Source of the DNA: Patescibacteria group bacterium
Lineage (GTDB): Bacteria > Patescibacteriota > Microgenomatia > Levybacterales > UBA12049
Direction: 5' to 3'
Length of the DNA: 64,000 nucleotides
Assembly: GCA_035946335.1 (NCBI GenBank)
Contig: DASYZL010000004.1
Location: 23,896-87,895, forward strand
Position numbers and translations under genes: made by a program. Below the pieces are notes generated by a model that was given only the letters and a program-made list of their open reading frames with translations, made no database searches and was not told the origin of the DNA. Each line of letters opens with the position of its first letter. The first letter of the stretch is position 1. This document shows, piece by piece, positions 40,347 through 50,204 of this stretch.

Positions 40347-41342
40347 CTAATTACATGCCTGAAACATTTCCACCTCCTGAATATACCGCAATATCAGTTG
40401 TTCTTTTGTTGCTGATGAAAATCCTTTATACCGGATGAAAAGCTTCAGCATCCGCAAGAAATACTGCCTACTGAGTGCTTTTAGAAGGGGCTTACCGTTT
40501 GTATCAAGAAGATTTTGAGCGTCTAAAAACATGCTTAGAAATTTTTTCCATATAAGTTTTTCTAACGTTGAATATTTTCCTCCACTCTTATCATAGAGAC
40601 TTTTTTTTGGTTCCAAGGTATGAAACATATGAGGCAACGTATAAGAAAAAACATCGTGATTATTCTTAGCGAGAACCGCAAGCATTCCTGGCCTAACATA
40701 TTCTGGGGTTCCCTTATGATTGGTTGGAGAAGAGAAAAAAGAGGGTAAGTACACAACTTCTCCCTGCACTGTTGTTTCTTTACCAAGTGGTTCCCGCGTA
40801 ATAGCGTGCATACTATTTGTTCGTTTGCTTCGTGGCTTATATCCTTCAGAAAAAAGAGATGTTAGAATTTCAAACGTCGTAATTACAATATCGTGCGGTA
40901 TTCCTTTAAAGGAATATACGTAGTTAAGTGTATGTATATTCCTTTTATATAAGTCTATCTCATCTTCTCTACGAAGAAAAATTTTATGGGAAGGAAAGTT
41001 TACAACCTGCAAAAGCGAAGATATCCCATCCTTACTAAGAAATAGCTCATCACAGATGATTACAATATCAATGTCATTTTGATATGTAGTTTTTTTACGA
41101 TATACTCCCGAACCGATAAGAAGTATTGTTATAGGTAATTGTGTCTTTTCTGCATTTTGCAAAATATTTTTCATAACTAGGGATATTCGTATTTGTCTTG
41201 CTCTCACATCTTTGGAAGAAAATTTCGCTCGTTTTCTTCTCTGTTTTTCTTCAAGTTTAACGCTCTCCCTTGGTCTTTTTAACCACGAAAAAGGAACTGT
41301 TGGCAAGTGCTGCTGTTCTTGGTAAAAACTTTGAATCGTCAT
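40347..41342 (-). CDS. Pol-beta superfamily nucleotidyltransferase with C-terminal helical domain
   Basis: LLIGSGVYRKKTTYQNDIDIVIICDE is a GS-x11-DxD NTase motif with a downstream PHDIV acidic residue; the basic N-terminal extension may be non-coding (alternative start at Met 41174). Confidence 0.6.
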   Translation of the reverse strand: MTIQSFYQEQQHLPTVPFSWLKRPRESVKLEEKQRRKRAKFSSKDVRARQIRISLVMKNILQNAEKTQLPITILLIGSGVYRKKTTYQNDIDIVIICDELFLSKDGISSLLQVVNFPSHKIFLRREDEIDLYKRNIHTLNYVYSFKGIPHDIVITTFEILTSLFSEGYKPRSKRTNSMHAITREPLGKETTVQGEVVYLPSFFSSPTNHKGTPEYVRPGMLAVLAKNNHDVFSYTLPHMFHTLEPKKSLYDKSGGKYSTLEKLIWKKFLSMFLDAQNLLDTNGKPLLKALSRQYFLRMLKLFIRYKGFSSATKEQLILRYIQEVEMFQACN

Positions 41343-41576
41343 AAAGGGTTAATATTTAAATCTATTATTTCTTTTTAAGAATAAAATAGAAATTCCGTAA
41401 GAATTTTAGCAAGACGAAACCTATAAAATGGTTTGCATCTTTAGGTTGGCAGAGATATGTTTTCTATCATGTATTGTCCCTTATTTTCCATGGAAATGCA
41501 AGAATGATGTTCTAAACAGCAAAGTATGAGTAAGAAACTTCTTGCAAGCTTCTGGCTGAACTTGTATAGTTTTTGT

Positions 41577-42488
41577 ATGACCCATTTCTTGCTTGATAGC
41601 GGCGATCCAAAAGAATACCGCGAGATTGCTACGCTTACAAAGCAAGATGGGGACGAATTGTGGGGATCAACAACCAATCCGACGTTAATTGAAGAAACCG
41701 AAGAGCAGCTTATCCATCATAAAGAAACACCTCAGGAAGCGTTCAGGTTGCAAAAAGAACTCGTTACCGAAATTTTAGCAATTGTTCCCGGTGCTGTTTC
41801 TGCAGAAGTCTATGCAGATAACCATACCAGCGCAGAACAAATGGCGGAGCAGGGAAGAGAGATCGCTTCATGGCATGAGCGGATTGTCGTAAAATTACCG
41901 ACAACACTTGAAGGATTAAAAGCACGTACCTTATTACGAAAAGATGGTATTACGATTAATAACACGTTAGTCTTTTCCCAAGAGCAGGTTTTTGCGATTA
42001 CACTCCACGAACAATTGATGAAAAAGATCTACGGAGAAACAAACAATCATGTTCCTTGTTTTATCTCTCCGTTCGTTGGGCGACTCGATGATACAGGAAT
42101 AAACGGTATGTCACTTGTATCAAATGCGCTGAGCATAACACATCAATGGTTTGAAAAAGATCTCGTGTGGATATTGGAAGCTTCAGTACGGAATGTTTCG
42201 CATCTCAAAGCAGGAATTGACATGGGATGTGAACTAATAACCGCTCCCGCAAAGATATATAGAGAATGGTTCAGGCTTTCGGAAAAAGAAAAACTTACGA
42301 TTTATGTAGAAGCTCCAGCAATACTACAGACAATATCTCTTTGGGTTCCTTCAGATACGCTAAGAAACATTGCAACGCCAGAAGAATTAATTGGTGCAAT
42401 AGAATCGGGAAAACTCAATATTAATCATCAGCTCACTGACACGGGAATTGAAAAGTTTGCTGCAGACTGGAAAAAACTATTTACTTAA
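41577..42488 (+). CDS. tal: Transaldolase family protein (Tal/FSA-like)
   Basis: FLLDSGDPKE...GSTTNPTLI, VKLPTT.EGLKA, ISPFVGRLDD Schiff-base Lys region; start set at Met 41577. Confidence 0.85.
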   Translation: MTHFLLDSGDPKEYREIATLTKQDGDELWGSTTNPTLIEETEEQLIHHKETPQEAFRLQKELVTEILAIVPGAVSAEVYADNHTSAEQMAEQGREIASWHERIVVKLPTTLEGLKARTLLRKDGITINNTLVFSQEQVFAITLHEQLMKKIYGETNNHVPCFISPFVGRLDDTGINGMSLVSNALSITHQWFEKDLVWILEASVRNVSHLKAGIDMGCELITAPAKIYREWFRLSEKEKLTIYVEAPAILQTISLWVPSDTLRNIATPEELIGAIESGKLNINHQLTDTGIEKFAADWKKLFT

Positions 42489-42524
42489 GCGAAAATTCAG
42501 ATATCTTTAACAAGATACCATTCT

Positions 42525-43940
42525 ATGAACAAGGATATCTATCAACCATATCTAACCTATATTGCAAATTATTGGAATCAGATTATTTTAAAACCGCAAC
42601 GCTTCAAATTAGGTAACCGTATTTTACAACGGGTTGTCATGCGTATTCCTAAGAAAAATTATAATATTATCGACGTACCGAATACATGCCTTGTACCAAA
42701 CACGTCTTTTTATCGCTATATCTTTTATTGGGACAGCTATTTCATGTTCCGTGGTCTCCTTGGAACTAGTAAGGAGTGGGTTATTCCGGAAATGGTGGAT
42801 AATTTTATATACATTTTTAATAAATACCACATTATTCCAAATTTCAGCCATCCGGAAGCACTCGGACGTTCACAGGCACCCTTTTTAACGTCAATGATTT
42901 TTGACGCGTATCGTGTATTACATACCAATCACAACATTTCGTATCAACTACAAAAACCGCAACATTTGATTGTTAATAAAAAACTCTGGCTAAAAAAGCG
43001 CATCAAGATTGCGATACAGGAATATCAGGATGTTTGGGAATCTCCAATGGATGCAGACCATCAACACTATAACCATAAAGTCGCCGATTATAACCTCAAC
43101 CGATACGGAGACCGTGATGTTGGTTATGGTCACCATGCTGAGCAGGAGTCAGGCTGGGATATGACCAGCAGATTTTATAATCGATGTGATGATTTCCTCC
43201 CGGTTGATTTAAATTGCTTCTTATATAAGTACGAAATTGATTTTGCAAGAGCTGCTGAAATCTTCGGTAATATGGAAGAAAAAACAATGTGGGAAGAAAA
43301 AGCGGCTAAACGCAAGGACCGGATTAATACATACATGTGGAGCGAAGCAAAAGGTTTTTATTTTGATTATGATTATATCCATAAGACCCAGAGTCACTTT
43401 GTTTCCCTTGCGGGATTTGTTCCTTTGTGGACCGGTATTGCAACGCGTACTCAGGCGCAAAGAGTCATTGAAAAGCTTTCTCTCTTTCAAACAAAGTTTG
43501 GTCTTGCCATAACTGATAAAGCATCTTTACCACCAAAAATTGATACATCGAAAGTTGCTGAACCATTTAAAATTACCATCGATGAAGTATTAAAACCGAA
43601 GCAATGGGATTATCCTAATATCTGGCCACCTTTACATTATCTTACCGTTATTGGGCTTTTACGATATGACTTTGTCAACGAAGCAAAAAAACTCATGCAG
43701 GAATATTTGGACGCTAACATGCAAGCATTTGATAAATATGGCGCGATGCTTGAAAAAATGGATGGCCTAACCGGTGATATGCCACCAAAATACTGGTACC
43801 CAACGCAACTTGGATTTGGCTGGACAAACGCAATCTTCTACAGGTATATAAACATACTCGACGAACTTGAAAACAATACTGCTATTTTCAAAGAACCTTT
43901 ACCGGCAACGCCACCATACGCGCTTAATTTCATCCACTAG
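42525..43940 (+). CDS. Trehalase-like glycoside hydrolase (GH37)
   Basis: RYIFYWDSYF, QWDYPNIWPP and GFGWTN match the GH37 trehalase signature motifs. Confidence 0.8.
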   Translation: MNKDIYQPYLTYIANYWNQIILKPQRFKLGNRILQRVVMRIPKKNYNIIDVPNTCLVPNTSFYRYIFYWDSYFMFRGLLGTSKEWVIPEMVDNFIYIFNKYHIIPNFSHPEALGRSQAPFLTSMIFDAYRVLHTNHNISYQLQKPQHLIVNKKLWLKKRIKIAIQEYQDVWESPMDADHQHYNHKVADYNLNRYGDRDVGYGHHAEQESGWDMTSRFYNRCDDFLPVDLNCFLYKYEIDFARAAEIFGNMEEKTMWEEKAAKRKDRINTYMWSEAKGFYFDYDYIHKTQSHFVSLAGFVPLWTGIATRTQAQRVIEKLSLFQTKFGLAITDKASLPPKIDTSKVAEPFKITIDEVLKPKQWDYPNIWPPLHYLTVIGLLRYDFVNEAKKLMQEYLDANMQAFDKYGAMLEKMDGLTGDMPPKYWYPTQLGFGWTNAIFYRYINILDELENNTAIFKEPLPATPPYALNFIH

Positions 43941-44752
43941 AATCAACCATATTTACAACCTCGTAGAATACCCTAGGACGCGTTTTTATTGAAAATCCAT
44001 ATACTTACTCACTCAAGGTATATATTTTCTCAAGATTCTCTACGGTTTTCTTAAAATCAACTTCTCTAAGACATCCTGTAGTAGGGGATTGGCACTGAAT
44101 ATCGCTTAAGGTGCAGGAAATGGACTGGTTATCCCTCGAGTAAGATGAAAATAATATTTATCTTTTGCATTGATTTGAATGGAGGTAAAAATAAACCTGT
44201 TCCCCAGAAAGAATGCTCATCACGTCGTAAAAGTATTATTGTGCGACGTAATGAATTGAGCCTCCCGTCCATCAATCTTCGCTGTTTTCATGACAGTAAG
44301 AAGAGTGAAGAACTGCAGCTTTGTAGATAGCATGAGGAATGCTTATGCGTCTTATTGTCCTTGCACCACCTTCGTTGTACTTAGTCTTGCCAATATCAAC
44401 AGCCATTCTATCCGTTTCGTAAGAAAGGCCGTTCGTATTTTTTTTATCATATTAGCACTTATCTGTAGAGAATGAGAGAACAATACTCCACTACGCATGT
44501 GATTACAGTTAATTGCATGTATAAGTCTCTTACTCTTAGCTCATGTCTTTCTATTTATGTCTGTATCTCTTCTGGAGATCCGTGAAAACTGAAGCCAATT
44601 CCCTGTGAAAACTTATAGTTTATCCACATTTGTATTCAGTAATTATTATAGGATATTAACTATATCACTCTATATCACCTACCGCCTCTTCTTCATTTCC
44701 TGTTATTTTTAAATGACGTCTCTCTTCCCTGCTCGTGATGCTATCGTAGAAT

Positions 44753-45295
44753 TTATTGAGGTTTATTTTCTGATTTTGTTCTCTGCAGAAGTAAGTAATC
44801 TTTTCCCTGATGCTGCTGTAAGTACATTTGCTCTGCTAAATCTAGCGATCCGCTAATTGCAGTTTGCAAATCAGCACCATTCGAAAAGCCCTCCAAAAAT
44901 GCTTGTCTTCCATGTAGTAAACTTTCCTGCAAGACGGATCTTCCCCCTCTCCTTATGACAGATCTAAGATATGTTGGTTCTGGAAAGTATGTAAACATAT
45001 TTTTAACATATTCTGTGAGTACTGCTTCATCGGAAGATTCTTGACCTTGTTCATTTAGTGAAAGCAGGCGTGCATCTAATGTTGTTATTGCCTGCCGTCT
45101 CATTTGATCATTTCCAGCAATAAGTGCCACATTTTGTAAGGCATTCTTCCACTGCCTTTCTCTGATAGCTGTAGTATTAGTGATTCCAGTGAATCTATTT
45201 TGTGTAACATCTAGGCCTTGAATATTTGGTTCAAATCCTACGTCTGTAGGAGAAGGAACTAATGTATGTTTAATGTGAATTTCCTGATCGTCCAT
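44753..45295 (-). CDS. Hypothetical protein
   Basis: 180-aa soluble ORF with no recognised motif. Confidence 0.5.
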   Translation of the reverse strand: MDDQEIHIKHTLVPSPTDVGFEPNIQGLDVTQNRFTGITNTTAIRERQWKNALQNVALIAGNDQMRRQAITTLDARLLSLNEQGQESSDEAVLTEYVKNMFTYFPEPTYLRSVIRRGGRSVLQESLLHGRQAFLEGFSNGADLQTAISGSLDLAEQMYLQQHQGKDYLLLQRTKSENKPQ

Positions 45296-45351
45296 TGTAA
45301 TTGATTATATGTTATTACCCAAAAAAAGCAATAAAACTAATTACGTGATTA

Positions 45352-46209
45352 TTATCCTTGCCACGTTGTAAACCAGAGTAATATAAGGACGGCAAAGACA
45401 GCAACCCATGCATACTCCCAGAATACTGTTTTAAAAAGCCGTTTATCAAACCACACGTGCGTGAGCCCAATGAAAATATAATACATTGAGGTGAGAAACA
45501 ATGCGGTAACTGTCGGGCTTGTCGGCCAAAACCATAACACACACATAATTTCCAGTAAGCAGAGACTGATAACACTGATCCATAACGCAATATGCTTTGT
45601 CAATTTACTTTCAAGCGTGTACGTCCATAGCGAATGGTAGACAAAACATACCGAAACGATAAGAAAAAGCAAAGCGGTTACCGGTAACACGAGGCGCAAT
45701 GAAAGAATAATGGTGGTTAGGAAAAAGTATGACAGCAAGCTAATAACAAATGTCACAATACGCGCGCTGTTAAGTAGCGCTATTGTCCGGCTCGCCGCAA
45801 CAACAAAGATATTTTCACTTAAGAAGAGTGAATAGAGTGAAATAGCATACAAAATAGTAAGAATGATTCGTGCAATGAGCCGGGATGGCGTCAGGAAATA
45901 AAATAATCCAAAGGAAAGACTACAGAAAAAAGGGAGAATAAAAACTTGTGGATTAAAATTTGCTTGCAGATCCTCAAAAAGCGCAATGCCAAGAAATGCG
46001 TCAGCAACTATACCTAATACAACTGCTACAAGAACAAGATATTGTCCAAAAAGATACTCACCATATAGCAAAAGTGCAGCGAGTAAAAAAACACTGGTGA
46101 CAAATTTTTGCCGTTTTGTGATATGAAGAGCAATTTTTTTTTGCTTTCGCTTCCCTATTTGCAACGGATGAAGAAACCTGTCAAAAGTTGATACGATAAA
46201 CTGAAACAT
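45352..46209 (-). CDS. Polytopic integral membrane protein of unknown function
   Basis: About 8 predicted TM helices; the ORF-track frame on the same strand to 45590 is an alternative. Confidence 0.6.
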   Translation of the reverse strand: MFQFIVSTFDRFLHPLQIGKRKQKKIALHITKRQKFVTSVFLLAALLLYGEYLFGQYLVLVAVVLGIVADAFLGIALFEDLQANFNPQVFILPFFCSLSFGLFYFLTPSRLIARIILTILYAISLYSLFLSENIFVVAASRTIALLNSARIVTFVISLLSYFFLTTIILSLRLVLPVTALLFLIVSVCFVYHSLWTYTLESKLTKHIALWISVISLCLLEIMCVLWFWPTSPTVTALFLTSMYYIFIGLTHVWFDKRLFKTVFWEYAWVAVFAVLILLWFTTWQG

Positions 46210-46214
46210 GTCAT

Positions 46215-46934
46215 TTACGCTATATTTGTGTATACTTTCTGGACATCATCTAAATCTTCAAGTCTCTCAACAAAATCCATTACCCTTTCTCCATCGGTAT
46301 CACTAAGGACAACCGGTATTGTCGCTTTACGGACTACCTCCGTTTCCTGCGTGTCATATCCTTTTTGTGACAAGAGATCACGAACTTTTGCAAGTTGCGT
46401 TGGCATAGTATAGATAAATACTTCATCATCCCCTTCTTCTATATCTTCTGCCCCACTATCCGCTGCATCTAAAAATATTTCATCAGCGGTTTTACCATTC
46501 TTTACTATGGCAACTTGTCCCTTCTGGATAAACATATATGCGACACTTCCCGGCTGTCCCATATTACCTCCATTTTTATTGAAAATATTTTGTACTTCAC
46601 TTGTTGTCCTGTTTTTGTTATCTGTTGCTGCTTCAACAAGGACTGCGATGCCCCCAGGGCCAAACCCTTCATATACAACTTCTTCCAGTGCCTGCGCGTT
46701 TTTTTCTGTTGCTCGTTCAATTGCCCGTTGGATATTTTCCTTCGGCATATTTGCACCTCGCGCCGTTTCCATTACGAGCCGAAGCTTGAAGTTTTGAGAC
46801 GGGTCACCGATACCACCACCTTGTTGCACGGCAATGGTTATGGCTTTAGAAAGCTTGGTAAAAAGGGCACCACGTTTTGCATCGTTAACGCCTTTTTGTC
46901 TTTTAATTGTTGCCCATTTTGAATGCCCGCTCAT
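46215..46934 (-). CDS. yebC: YebC/PmpR-family probable transcriptional regulator
   Basis: MSGHSKWATIKRQK...NMPKENIQRAIERA YebC/TACO1 signature; start set at Met 46934. Confidence 0.9.
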   Translation of the reverse strand: MSGHSKWATIKRQKGVNDAKRGALFTKLSKAITIAVQQGGGIGDPSQNFKLRLVMETARGANMPKENIQRAIERATEKNAQALEEVVYEGFGPGGIAVLVEAATDNKNRTTSEVQNIFNKNGGNMGQPGSVAYMFIQKGQVAIVKNGKTADEIFLDAADSGAEDIEEGDDEVFIYTMPTQLAKVRDLLSQKGYDTQETEVVRKATIPVVLSDTDGERVMDFVERLEDLDDVQKVYTNIA

Positions 46935-47001
46935 TGCAGTATTGTACAATCTCACCTTGACTTTTGCAATAATTCATAGTACACTTTTTCAATTCCAATC
47001 C

Positions 47002-47649
47002 ATGTCACTTCTAAAATCCCAAGCGATTCAAAAAGCACTTGAAGGCAACTGGGATGAAGCAATTTTTCTCAATAAACAGCTTCTTGGTAAAAATCCTTCT
47101 GATATTGATACCCTCAATCGTCTTGCATTTGCATATGCAATTTGTGGAAAGGTAAAAGATTCAAAAGAAACGTACCAAATAGTTCTCCATATTGATCCGG
47201 CAAATATTATTGCGCAGAGAAATTTAAAAAAACTGAATGGCATTACTATTTCAGTCAAACCCTCGCTAAAGATTTCAACAGACATGTTTCTTGAAGAAAG
47301 TGGAAAAACAAAAATTGTCTCTTTGGTAAATACTGCACCCATGCAAAAGATTAAGTCGCTACAAATCGGACAGTTATTAGCAATGTGTATTAAGCGATCA
47401 AAGATTTTTATTCTTGATGAACAAAAAGCCTATATAGGTATGCTACCGGATGATATTAGCAGAAGACTAATTAAGTTTCTGGAGGGTGGTAATGCATACG
47501 AAGTGTATGTGAAATCCGCTGACAAACATTCCGTTGTTATCTTCGTTAAAGAAATAAAGCGTGTGGCAAAATTTAAAGACACTCCGTCGTTTCTTTTCGG
47601 TGATAAACCGCATCTTGCGCTCATTCATCAAAAAGGGTCTGATGAATGA
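47002..47649 (+). CDS. TPR-repeat protein
   Basis: N-terminal TPR-like helices (GNWDEAIFLNKQLLGKNPSDIDTLNRLAFAYAICGK...); start set at Met 47002 so as not to overlap yebC. Confidence 0.5.
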   Translation: MSLLKSQAIQKALEGNWDEAIFLNKQLLGKNPSDIDTLNRLAFAYAICGKVKDSKETYQIVLHIDPANIIAQRNLKKLNGITISVKPSLKISTDMFLEESGKTKIVSLVNTAPMQKIKSLQIGQLLAMCIKRSKIFILDEQKAYIGMLPDDISRRLIKFLEGGNAYEVYVKSADKHSVVIFVKEIKRVAKFKDTPSFLFGDKPHLALIHQKGSDE

Positions 47650-47779
47650 AAAATAACACGTTCCTTTTGTAGCTCCTGCCGGGTAATCTTTTCATATTTT
47701 GTTTTCCGTACCTCTTTCCACAAAGAAAATAATGCAAGGAAAAATGAAATAGTTGCTATCATTGCTGCTGCTATGTAAA

Positions 47780-48565
47780 TCATTGCATCATGTTTTTCCC
47801 TTCTTTTGTGCCGATGGTAATTGTTATATCTGCAAGAGACGGTGTATTCGTCTGCTGCAGTTGAAAGCGCAGTATATGCTCCATCCTTTGCAATGTATAG
47901 GACTGTTCTCCATTGTATAAAATCACTGATGATGCTTTATTCTGTTGTGCCGTCGTGACAGAAATAACATTTGCTCCAATGTGTGACAGAAGCGTTGCAA
48001 GCATAGTACCAAGCCCAGAAATACCTGTTGCATTAACAATAGCAATGCTTTTATTTTCCTTGTAAAGAGTTGTATCCTGAAAATCTTTTGCAATCTGTTG
48101 CTGTGAAACTGCGTCTGATGCCGGCAGGATTATGGTGTCCTTATGAATATTATCCGATGAAATCGTATGACTAAAGAAAAATAATTGCAGCGCGTCAAAA
48201 ATTGTTATGGTTGCATTCGAATCATGAAAATGAAAGAGAAGATTTCTGGTAATATCACTGTTTGGATCAATATTATGGACTGTTCCATCAACAGGTATAC
48301 TCAGCTGCTTCGTAATCAATCCGTGACTATTTTGCAAAAAAACTTCCATCATATTTCCTGTATCCAGCGAAAAAACAACCAGAATATTTTGCTGCTGATT
48401 CATTATCTGTAAAATAAATTGATGGTGCGGGTTAACAGAGCTTTTATTGAGAATAAGCAATGTTTTAATTATCAATCCGGCAAGAACAAGCAAAAAAATG
48501 AGCAACCCGATGAACAGAATCGTCTGTCGGACTTTTGGAACAACAAAATTTTTTGTTTTTTTCAT
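47780..48565 (-). CDS. Membrane-anchored LytR/CpsA/Psr C-terminal (LytR_C) domain protein
   Basis: N-terminal TM helix; C-terminal IAIVNATGISGLGTMLATLLSHIGANV typical of the LytR_C domain. Confidence 0.55.
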   Translation of the reverse strand: MKKTKNFVVPKVRQTILFIGLLIFLLVLAGLIIKTLLILNKSSVNPHHQFILQIMNQQQNILVVFSLDTGNMMEVFLQNSHGLITKQLSIPVDGTVHNIDPNSDITRNLLFHFHDSNATITIFDALQLFFFSHTISSDNIHKDTIILPASDAVSQQQIAKDFQDTTLYKENKSIAIVNATGISGLGTMLATLLSHIGANVISVTTAQQNKASSVILYNGEQSYTLQRMEHILRFQLQQTNTPSLADITITIGTKEGKNMMQ

Positions 48566-48768
48566 TTCTTACCACTCTTTTTTCTTTTTCTCAATTCGTT
48601 TTGGGACAACAAAAACAGGTCTGTTGCTTACCGTATTTGCGTTCGCGTTTGTTTTTTGTCTTTTCTTTTTTTTGTCGCCTTTATAAAAATTTCCAAAACC
48701 CCCCATACGCTCACCTCCTTTTCAGAATACACTAATGGTACAAAAAAAATCCGTAGAGCGCAACCAAC

Positions 48769-49518
48769 CTATGGCACAGGCATGAGTGTTTGCAGAAATA
48801 ACTGCAGCTCATCTGGTAATGGAGAGAAAATGACCAGTTGTTGTCCAGATGCGGGATGTGCAAAGGAAATTTCTGTCGCATGCAGAAAAAGTCGTTGCAA
48901 TATTTTTCTATCACTTCTGGCTGTTTTGCGACCTGCATAGAGCTCGTCAGCAAAAATCGGATGGTTGAGGTGCTTCAGATGAACCCGTATCTGATGGGTT
49001 CTTCCTGTTTGGGGAAAAAGTTTGATAAACGAGAAAACCTCTTTTGTTTTTGGGTCCTGATACCTCTGAAGTACTGTATAACGGGTCATTGATTCTTTCC
49101 CGCCTGGCACCACACCAAAACGTTTTCTATTAAACGGCAACCTGCCAACCGGCACAGTAACTTCCCCGCTACTTGGAGATAATTGCCCATGAGCAAGGGC
49201 AAGATATGTTTTTTTGACTTTTCTTTCCTGAAAAGCTTTTTGTAGATCCAGGAATGCAGTAACCGTTTTTGCAATAAGTAAAATGCCTGATGTCTCTTTA
49301 TCGAGCCTGTGGACAATACCGCTTCGTTCTTTGAAAATTTCTTCATCGGATTTCTGTCCGGCAGAACTGTAGTATGGCTTTCTATTGAAATGCGCGTCAA
49401 GCATATCCTGTACAGTTTGGTTATATCTTGTCGTATCTGCCCTATTTACAATCATTCCCGAAGGTTTATCAAGAATAAGGAGAGTATCATCTTCATGAAG
49501 GATTGTAAAACGTGTCAT
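48769..49518 (-). CDS. RluA-family pseudouridine synthase
   Basis: HRLDKETSGILLIAKT catalytic Asp motif and GRTHQIRVH; start set at Met 49518, which overlaps the upstream gene in ATGA fashion. Confidence 0.85.
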   Translation of the reverse strand: MTRFTILHEDDTLLILDKPSGMIVNRADTTRYNQTVQDMLDAHFNRKPYYSSAGQKSDEEIFKERSGIVHRLDKETSGILLIAKTVTAFLDLQKAFQERKVKKTYLALAHGQLSPSSGEVTVPVGRLPFNRKRFGVVPGGKESMTRYTVLQRYQDPKTKEVFSFIKLFPQTGRTHQIRVHLKHLNHPIFADELYAGRKTARSDRKILQRLFLHATEISFAHPASGQQLVIFSPLPDELQLFLQTLMPVP

Positions 49519-50204
49519 AGGGTTTTTTTGGTAAAAAGTTTCCTGCGGAGCAATTTTTTTCCGGAAAGTATGAGACCAACAAACCCTACAGCAGATGCAA
49601 TGATGGCTTCCCATTGAAAAGTAAATTTGTCAAAGACAAGACTGTTCACTAGATAGACAAGCAATGTTATGACTGCAAAATACATCAATCCAATATAACT
49701 GATTGTTCCATCAATCCATTTCCCTTTTGAAAACAACATGAAAAAAGCTATCGCGCCAATAACCGTTAAAAGAAAAGCGCTTCCTGCTGCAATCCCAAGT
49801 GGGTTATGAAGAACTGCATAAAATAGTAAAAGGAAAAAGGTATAAACCGCCCACGAAGTAAAAAATGCTGGCGTTATTATATCCAGTATGCGCTCTACCG
49901 GTAATTTTTTTCTTGTTGCAACAAAGCAAAAGAATAACAAGACACCTGCAATACCTCCTCCCAGAGAAAGCCCGGGAACATATGGAATCGCAAAAAATGC
50001 AAGCGGTCGTAAAAAGAGTCTGGGCATCTGGAGCGCAGCATAAATCACACGTGCAAAAAAAATACTGACAGGAAGCGCAATAAGAAGTGTATTAAATATC
50101 TGCTCCGGAGAAATTTTTTTTCGAAGGAGCACAAAATCATCCTTTGCCAGTTCATAGATGCAAAAAAGAAAAACAAGACATGCCAGAATAATAATCGCAA
50201 TCAT
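49515..50204 (-). CDS. Integral membrane protein of unknown function
   Basis: 6-7 TM helices; translationally coupled between the MFS transporter and the rluA-family gene. Confidence 0.55.
   Translation of the reverse strand: MIAIIILACLVFLFCIYELAKDDFVLLRKKISPEQIFNTLLIALPVSIFFARVIYAALQMPRLFLRPLAFFAIPYVPGLSLGGGIAGVLLFFCFVATRKKLPVERILDIITPAFFTSWAVYTFFLLLFYAVLHNPLGIAAGSAFLLTVIGAIAFFMLFSKGKWIDGTISYIGLMYFAVITLLVYLVNSLVFDKFTFQWEAIIASAVGFVGLILSGKKLLRRKLFTKKTL

Noticed and set aside
44145-44475. Two overlapping 61-aa ORFs in the 812-bp gap
   Set aside because: No RBS and no motif; likely chance ORFs. The region is reported instead as anomalous non-coding DNA.
44575-44625. GTGAAAACT short direct repeats considered as a possible CRISPR or other array
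   Set aside because: Only two copies of 9 bp with irregular spacing; no cas genes in the window.
48419-48940. 173-aa plus-strand ORF spanning the LytR_C gene start, intergenic DNA and the rluA 3' end
   Set aside because: Composed of poly-F/L low-complexity translation of T-rich DNA; antisense to two supported genes.
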